19,968 bases of DNA, from contig JBNJGH010000064.1 in the NCBI GenBank assembly GCA_051747585.1, positions 1 through 19,968 of the forward strand, given 5' to 3'. The stretch's first letter is position 1. The number at the start of each line of letters is the position of its first letter. A model generated the notes under the pieces. The model did not search any database. It worked only from the letters and a program-made list of their open reading frames with translations, and had not been told where the DNA came from. Of the stretch, positions 14,240 through 19,968 are shown in pieces. Source of the DNA: Candidatus Rifleibacteriota bacterium. Its GTDB lineage: Bacteria; Muiribacteriota; Ozemobacteria; Ozemobacterales; Ozemobacteraceae. The translations under genes were made by a program, and so were the position numbers.

Positions 14240-15103
14240 ATGAAACCAAATGATTCCGGAATAAAAGACAAAATTGAAATGGGTGAGGGCTTCTTTTTCA
14301 GCATAGAGAATGACATCAAAAAAACTATTGTTGTTCTTTCCGGCAAAGGCGGAGTGGGCAAAAGCACTGTGGCAGTAAATCTTGCTTCATCTCTTGCCAG
14401 TCAGGGCTTTAAAGTTGGTTTACTGGATATCGACCTTCATGGCCCCAGCATTCCGACTATGTTGAAAATTAAAGATCAAAGTATAGGCTCAGATGGCAAA
14501 CGTATGATTCCAGCCAAATTTGCCGGAATCAAAGTAATGTCGGTGGGCTTTTTACTTAAAAATTCCGACGACGCTCTCATCTGGCGTGGGCCTATGAAAG
14601 CTGGAGTTATAGAGCAATTTCTCAACCAGGTGGCCTGGGGAAAACTCGACTATCTTATCGTTGACTCTCCTCCGGGCACAGGAGATGAGCCCTTGTCAAT
14701 CTGTCAGGCTATAAAAACTCCGTTTGCTGCAGTTATAGTAACTACTCCCCAGGAAGTAGCCGCTGCAGATGTCCGCAAGTCAGTCAATTTCTGCCGGCAA
14801 CTGAATATTAAAATTCTTGGAATTATTGAAAATATGAGCGGCTTTATTTGTCCGGACTGTGGCAAAAAAGTAGATATTTTCAGTTCCGGAGGTGGCGAAG
14901 CCACTGCGAAAAAGTTCAACCTGAATTTCCTGGGCAGCATTCCTATAGACGCCAATGTAGGAACGGCAAGCGATCAAGGCAATATGTTTGTTTACGATTA
15001 CGCTAAAACGCCTTCTGGAAAAGCCTTTGGCAAGGTTCTTGAGAATGTGCTTCATATTTCGGAAAATGAAGGCGGTTTATCTACTGCCAACAGCGGAGAA
15101 TAA
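14240..15103 (+). CDS. mrp: Mrp/ApbC/NBP35 Fe-S cluster carrier ATPase
   Basis: SGKGGVGKST, LLDIDLHGPS, LIWRGPM, VDSPPGTGDE, TTPQ, IIENMSGFICPDC. Confidence 0.92.
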   Translation: MKPNDSGIKDKIEMGEGFFFSIENDIKKTIVVLSGKGGVGKSTVAVNLASSLASQGFKVGLLDIDLHGPSIPTMLKIKDQSIGSDGKRMIPAKFAGIKVMSVGFLLKNSDDALIWRGPMKAGVIEQFLNQVAWGKLDYLIVDSPPGTGDEPLSICQAIKTPFAAVIVTTPQEVAAADVRKSVNFCRQLNIKILGIIENMSGFICPDCGKKVDIFSSGGGEATAKKFNLNFLGSIPIDANVGTASDQGNMFVYDYAKTPSGKAFGKVLENVLHISENEGGLSTANSGE

Positions 15104-15108
15104 GGCTT

Positions 15109-15522
15109 TTGAGCAATCAGCCTCCATTCATAAACCCCATGAATTCTCACAGCCACTGTCTTCTTTGTGGCTGTGAGAATCCTTTGTCAATGAATCTCAA
15201 ATATTCAGCTCTTACCGATGGTTCTGTTCTCGCCCGCTTTAAGTCTAATGTGCACCTGCAGGGTTATGACGGCATAATGCATGGTGGAGTTATAAGTGCT
15301 CTGCTCGACTCTGCCATGACTAATTGCCTTCATTACCACAGCATTGAAGCTGTAACCGGTGAATTGAACGTAAGGTTTTTTAATTCGGTTCCATGCAACG
15401 CCAGTCTGAATATAAGAGCGAGCATCGAAAAGAACATGAATCCCCTGTATCTACTCAAGGCCGAAATAAGATGCGAAAATAAACTTATGGCATCAGCCAA
15501 CGCCAAGTTTATGAAAAAATAA
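15109..15522 (+). CDS. PaaI-family hotdog thioesterase with N-terminal CxxCG.ENP motif
   Basis: HCLLCGCENP, QGYDGIMHGGVISALLD, VTGELNVRF. The start may be TTG 15109 or ATG 15139. Confidence 0.82.
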   Translation: MSNQPPFINPMNSHSHCLLCGCENPLSMNLKYSALTDGSVLARFKSNVHLQGYDGIMHGGVISALLDSAMTNCLHYHSIEAVTGELNVRFFNSVPCNASLNIRASIEKNMNPLYLLKAEIRCENKLMASANAKFMKK

Positions 15523-15533
15523 TTAATTAATAT

Positions 15534-16382
15534 ATGAATTACAAACTTACAATTATAAGCGACAACAAAGCTTTACCAGGCTTTCAGGCCGAGCACGGTT
15601 ACTCTGTTCTGGTTGAGTCCCGAGATTTCAGGCTATTATTCGACACCGGCCAGGGTGAAGCTTTTAACCAGAATCTTGAAAAACTGAATATTGACCTGAC
15701 AAGCATAAACTGTCTGGCATTAAGTCATGGTCATTATGATCATACCGGGGGAGTCGCTACTTTTTTTAACAGAAATAAATCCGCTCCTGTCTATTGTCTA
15801 CAGGGAGCCAACAAAAAAAGATACAGTCGAAAAGAAAGCGGCCGGATGAAGTATATCGGCATGCCCGAAGAGGCCAGGCGTTTATTCAGTCATAACGACC
15901 CAAAACGGCTTCGAATTATCTCATCCGATGAAAGTTTCGAGTTAACACCGGGAATTGGAATAAGTGGTCCGGTCAAAAGAACGACCGAATTTGAAAAGCC
16001 CGAGCCTTATTTTTTTCTTGATGAGCAGGCAATTGTTCATGATCCTATTAAAGACGATTTATCACTTTGGCTCGATACATCCCAGGGTCTGGTTATACTC
16101 TGCGGCTGCTGCCATGCCGGATTAATCAATACAATCAAAACAATTCGACAACGCACGGGCAAACAAAAAATTCATGCCATTATTGGCGGACTTCACCTGG
16201 CAAAAGCTTCAAAACAGAAGCTGAAGGCAGTCTTTTCTGAGCTTAATTCAATAAAACCGCAATTTATAATGCCGGCTCATTGCACCGGCGATGCCTTCGA
16301 GCAAATTCCAGACGGTTTGCTTGATAACTGTAAAATACTTTCGTCGGCTGCCGGCAAAGTCTTCGACTTACCTTTCCAATAA
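15534..16382 (+). CDS. MBL-fold metallo-hydrolase
   Basis: AEHGYS, LFDTGQ, LSHGHYDHTGG, GCCHAG, IGGLHL, PAHCTG. Confidence 0.88.
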   Translation: MNYKLTIISDNKALPGFQAEHGYSVLVESRDFRLLFDTGQGEAFNQNLEKLNIDLTSINCLALSHGHYDHTGGVATFFNRNKSAPVYCLQGANKKRYSRKESGRMKYIGMPEEARRLFSHNDPKRLRIISSDESFELTPGIGISGPVKRTTEFEKPEPYFFLDEQAIVHDPIKDDLSLWLDTSQGLVILCGCCHAGLINTIKTIRQRTGKQKIHAIIGGLHLAKASKQKLKAVFSELNSIKPQFIMPAHCTGDAFEQIPDGLLDNCKILSSAAGKVFDLPFQ

Positions 16383-16390
16383 TTACCATA

Positions 16391-16604
16391 CTGCCCTCAA
16401 GGCAGGGAATATTGCATATAATCTCGCGAACTTTCTTTAACTCATATGGAGCCGGTTTTATTTTTGACGGAATTTCGGTATCGCTATCGACATCGCCTAT
16501 CGGTATCGGAATTTTGAGAACCAATCCAGAAGCCTTCGAAAAGAGATATCCGATTCCGACCCCGACGCCCGTTTTTTTTTATTGCGATTGTTCTGCCCTC
16601 AAGG
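16391..16604. repeat. Hexamer-periodic foldback bracketed by 12-bp direct repeats
   Basis: CTGCCCTCAAGG at 16391-16402 and 16593-16604. Inside, a (TCGNNA)n left arm and a (YCCGAY)n right arm, with TCGGTATCGGA/TCCGATTCCGA pairing, followed by a T9 run. Confidence 0.5.
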
Positions 16605-16670
16605 GATCGAAGTTGCCAAACTCTATGGTTTAAGTTTAGAATTGTTTTCAAATCAGCATGGAGGCAAAAC

Positions 16671-18119
16671 TTGAAATCTTTTAAATTTAAAGCCGTTTTC
16701 GCCATTCTTTTTGCTCTTATCTTTTTGAGCCGGCAACTTTTTGCGATGGATTTGTATCCAATTCGAAATCCCGACACAGACAAAGCCGGCTACATGAACA
16801 AAGGCGGGGAACTTATTATTGAAGCCCGCTATGAAAGAGCAGGATACTTTTACGAAGGCCTGGCGCCGGTATCAATCTTAGGCAGGTATTTTTTTATTAA
16901 CAAAAAAGGCGACAAAGTTTTCAAGCAAACTTTTGCAGATGCAAAGATCTTCAGCGAAGGCCTTGCTGCGGTTAGAAACGACGAAGGCTGGGGATATATT
17001 AATACCAGAGGCGACATTGTAGTTCCATGTACCTTTTCCTGGGCCGACGATTTTTCAGAAGGTCTGGCATGCGTTATGACCGGCAAATATGAAGACAAGT
17101 CTGCCCGTTACAGCTATATAAACAAAGAGGGAAAGGTTGTCATCGAACCATTTCTGAAGTTTTATGACAATCAATACTTTACAGCTCCGGGAAAATTCTC
17201 AGAAGGCCTTGCCGCAGCATGGATGCCCAATGGGCTTGGGTTTGAAGTCGCAGGCTACATAAATCGAGAAGGCAAAGTTATTATTGAGCCCGAATATATA
17301 AGCGCCGGAAAATTTGTTAACAACCTGGCACCCGCTGCTATTCCCGGTTCTAAAGCCGGTGGCGCAGGTTTTATTAACAAAAAAAACAACTGTGTAATTG
17401 ATTTTGTTTATTCAATGACCCAGGAATTTTCTGAAGGTTTGGCCGCCGTTGAACTTTCTTACGACGACAAACGAGAAGGAGCAGGTAAATGGGGCTACAT
17501 TAACACCGAAGAAAAATTAGTCGTTCAGCCGGAATATGAGCTGGCAGAACCCTTTTATAAAGGTCTGGGCAAAGTTTATCTCGACACTGTAGGCAACGAG
17601 GCCTATGTAAACAAAAAGGGCGAGCTAATCAAGTTAAATACTGAAACTAAGCCACGCAAACAACAAAACAAAGAGCTTTTACCGGTAAAAATAAGCTGCT
17701 CAAGCTTTCTTCCAGCTGCAGCCAATGGCAGAATAACTTACAATACCGACAACCTTATCGACAACGACCCTTCTACAGCCTGGATAGAGGGCAGCCCGGG
17801 CGATGGCGAAGGTGAATGGGTCTGCTTTGAATTTGCCGAACCCAAACATATCAAACAGATAAAAATTAGAAATGGTTATCAGAAAATTTCATCGTCGGGC
17901 AAAAATATTTATTACAGCAATTTAAGACCAGGAACCATAAAAATAAGCACAAATTCGAACCAGCAGAAAATAGTTAAACTCAAAGATTCAGAAGGCAGTC
18001 AGAGCATAGATTTAGATGCTAAAGCCACCAGCCTGAAAATAACCATCATTGACGTTCACAAAACCGGCAACGAAGATCCTGACGCCGGCTTCTCGGAAAT
18101 AATGCTGCTTGGCTACTGA
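16671..18119 (+). CDS. Secreted WG-repeat protein with C-terminal discoidin-like (NADase-type glycan-binding) domain
   Basis: TTG start with RBS GGAGG and a signal peptide (MKSFKFKAVFAILFALIFLSRQLFA). About 7 repeats of FSEGLA...G(Y/F)IN..G. C-terminal NLIDNDPSTAWIEG..G.GEGEW..F, I.NGYQK, NLRP, FSEI. Confidence 0.85.
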   Translation: MKSFKFKAVFAILFALIFLSRQLFAMDLYPIRNPDTDKAGYMNKGGELIIEARYERAGYFYEGLAPVSILGRYFFINKKGDKVFKQTFADAKIFSEGLAAVRNDEGWGYINTRGDIVVPCTFSWADDFSEGLACVMTGKYEDKSARYSYINKEGKVVIEPFLKFYDNQYFTAPGKFSEGLAAAWMPNGLGFEVAGYINREGKVIIEPEYISAGKFVNNLAPAAIPGSKAGGAGFINKKNNCVIDFVYSMTQEFSEGLAAVELSYDDKREGAGKWGYINTEEKLVVQPEYELAEPFYKGLGKVYLDTVGNEAYVNKKGELIKLNTETKPRKQQNKELLPVKISCSSFLPAAANGRITYNTDNLIDNDPSTAWIEGSPGDGEGEWVCFEFAEPKHIKQIKIRNGYQKISSSGKNIYYSNLRPGTIKISTNSNQQKIVKLKDSEGSQSIDLDAKATSLKITIIDVHKTGNEDPDAGFSEIMLLGY

Positions 18120-18137
18120 GTCACCTCAAACTGTAAA

Positions 18138-19334
18138 TCAAGTTTTGTATTCAATATCTTCTTCACTGTTAACCTTAAAAACCGGCAAAGAAAAAACGGC
18201 CTCGTAATCAACTCCGGGAACCTCAGCAACAGCTTTAAGTTTCCACTCAATTGTGGGGTTAGTAGATGGGCTGTCGGGCTCGCCGTTTTCCGGTATGGTA
18301 AAAGCAACCGGAACAATAAACCGCTCGTTGATTCTCTTGCGCGAATCGGTTATTTCCATAGCTTTTTCTTTATGTAAAACAGTTGTTTTAGTTGATCTAT
18401 GTTTTCCCGAGCCTGTAGTGAGACATTTTTCGCAAAAGAATTCAAGATCGACCTTTTTTCCGGAGCCTATTCCTTTTGGCAACACTATTACACCCTTAAA
18501 TTCAGCACCTGGAACCAAAGGAATCTGATGCAAAACCATTTGCGATTCACCATATTTCAGATAACCCAGTGTCTTGTAAATCGCGCCAAAAATGCTGAGC
18601 ACTGCAAAAACTGCAAACAGACCTATAATACCCCAGGCAAACCATGGCGCACTTTTATCACCATAAAGCAAAAAAAGAAAAATCGATACGAATATACTAA
18701 AAAACAATGAAAACGCCCATTTTGCAATCAGGCTGTTAAGCTGACTGGTTATTATTTTAAAACCTGACCAACGCGAGTCTGCTTTCCAGGGTTTACCCGG
18801 GAACTTTTCAAGCAAAGCATCTTTCTGCTTTGATTTTCTGTAAGCAAAGATTCCAGAAGCTATCAACCCAAGGCCAACCAGGGTAAATAAAAGCCCAACA
18901 CCGGTTATAAGAATCATACCCATCGAAATTTGTCGGAATAAGATAGATTCTTCGGGGTTATCGGGATCCACATAAGCTTCGATCGGGGTTTCATTTTTAA
19001 TCGCCTGCTGCATTCGATTCAACAGCTGTTTCTTTTCGTCATAGGCAGAGCTGGAACCAGTCTCTAACTGGACTCTATCACCAATATATTCTTTGCCTTT
19101 GTAAGTATATTTGTATTCGCCTTTAAGGCTGTAAGTGTTTCCATCACTGTCATGATGGGTCTTCATATCCGCAGATATTATTTTTGCCGGAACCCTGTCC
19201 CAGTCTTGCGACTTATGCCATGTATTCACCATTGATAAGCCCCACAGGAAAAAAGCAAAACCCATCAAAAAGAACGGAAGGCCAAAAAGAGCAAGACAAC
19301 CGTCTCCAAGTTTTATTTCTTTTTTCTGTGACAT
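18138..19334 (-). CDS. DUF3592-domain membrane protein
   Basis: TM helix, then W..VPAKI...Y.Y.Y.GKEY.GDR...VDPDNPEESIL (DUF3592). Further TM helices and a beta-rich C-terminus (IEWKL....EVPGVDY.A.F.LPVF). RBS GAGGTG. Confidence 0.8.
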   Translation of the reverse strand: MSQKKEIKLGDGCLALFGLPFFLMGFAFFLWGLSMVNTWHKSQDWDRVPAKIISADMKTHHDSDGNTYSLKGEYKYTYKGKEYIGDRVQLETGSSSAYDEKKQLLNRMQQAIKNETPIEAYVDPDNPEESILFRQISMGMILITGVGLLFTLVGLGLIASGIFAYRKSKQKDALLEKFPGKPWKADSRWSGFKIITSQLNSLIAKWAFSLFFSIFVSIFLFLLYGDKSAPWFAWGIIGLFAVFAVLSIFGAIYKTLGYLKYGESQMVLHQIPLVPGAEFKGVIVLPKGIGSGKKVDLEFFCEKCLTTGSGKHRSTKTTVLHKEKAMEITDSRKRINERFIVPVAFTIPENGEPDSPSTNPTIEWKLKAVAEVPGVDYEAVFSLPVFKVNSEEDIEYKT

Positions 19335-19356
19335 TTATTCACCTCTCTCAATCACA

Positions 19357-19384
19357 ATTATACATGATTGCAACCTATTGCCAA
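19357..19384 (-). promoter_or_regulatory. Possible sigma-70 promoter for the DUF3592 gene
   Basis: Minus strand TTGGCA-16 nt-TATAAT, about 22 bp upstream of the ATG. Confidence 0.4.
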
Positions 19385-19417
19385 TTTTTTTTCGACAAAT
19401 AAAGGTTAACCGCGCAT

Positions 19418-19657
19418 TGATACAGCTGCACAGTAGTTATCTATTTAGCAATATTAGCGAGTTTCAAGACATTTTTCTTTTTTTGTATACTAAATTTTAG
19501 TATATAAAAGATTGCTTCGCTCAGCACGAGCTATGCCCAACCACCAATATACGATGACAGCTTCAAATTGTCATTGCGAGGAGCGTAGCGACGAAGCAAT
19601 CTAAATGTCTTGAAACGGTTTCTACAAACAAATGGATAATTACTGATAGCTGCAACA
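19418..19657. repeat. Nested inverted-repeat (REP-like) element
   Basis: Outer imperfect IR 19418-19446/19630-19657. Perfect GTTTCAAGACATTT/AAATGTCTTGAAAC (19461-19474/19603-19616). AGATTGCTTCG/CGAAGCAATCT. Internal palindrome TATACTAAA-T-TTTAGTATA (19486-19504). Confidence 0.7.
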
Positions 19658-19968
19658 GGAATTCTCGGTCAATCATTATTAGCTGGTTACAAAAGGTTCT
19701 GGTTTTATTTCTTTCTGTCAAATATAGAATTTAAACCACTGAGGCCACCGAGGGCACAGAGTTGATTTTTTAATCTTTTTCAGCCAGGATTTGTCCTGTG
19801 GACAAATAGCCGGCGGTTTCACCGCCCGGCTTTTCCTTCTTCAGCAAGCCTTCAGAAAAACACGAGTGCTTTTCTGAAGGCTTGCTGAAGAAGGAAACAA
19901 TGGCTGAAAAAAATTCTCTGTGTTCTCTGTGCGCTCTGTGGTTATTTTCTTTGTGGCTTTGAGACTTG
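19654..19968. repeat. ~315-bp repeat, copy 2 (runs to the window end)
   Basis: Direct repeat of 10511-10825, offset 9143 bp. Confidence 0.92.

Noticed and set aside
19368..19384. Sigma-54 promoter on the minus strand (TTGGCAATAGGTTGCA)
   Set aside because: GG-GC spacing is 9 nt rather than the obligatory 10; a sigma-70 reading fits better.

Overview
Gene-dense bacterial window, probably from an anaerobe; the gene set is reminiscent of Candidatus Riflebacteria, but that is inference only. From left to right it holds: (i) a break at about 245-260, where a minus-strand GspJ-like fragment abuts a 5'-truncated lysine 2,3-aminomutase; (ii) the lysine-fermentation cluster kamA'-kamB-kamC-kamD-kamE, followed 7 bp later by a class I CPD photolyase; (iii) a convergent membrane protein with two Tim44-like/Zn-ribbon modules and a TerB-like tail; (iv) a 1.3-kb intergenic region. 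That region contains a complete but unannotated transcription unit (sigma-54 -24/-12 promoter, ~170-nt self-pairing RNA, strong intrinsic terminator, flanking GACAA-N2-TTGTC palindromes) and then a mosaic of nested REP/MITE-like foldbacks. Next come (v) an ADP-ribosylglycohydrolase and an OrpR-like PAS/sigma-54 activator, with a sigma-54 promoter and paired palindromes upstream of an ORP-like operon (NifB/NifX, DUF5320, Mrp, PaaI-like, MBL-fold); and (vi) a secreted WG-repeat protein and a DUF3592 membrane protein. The window ends in a second copy of a ~315-bp repeat, so the two copies bracket ~9 kb. The best candidate for something undescribed is the sigma-54-dependent structured RNA at 9935-10160.
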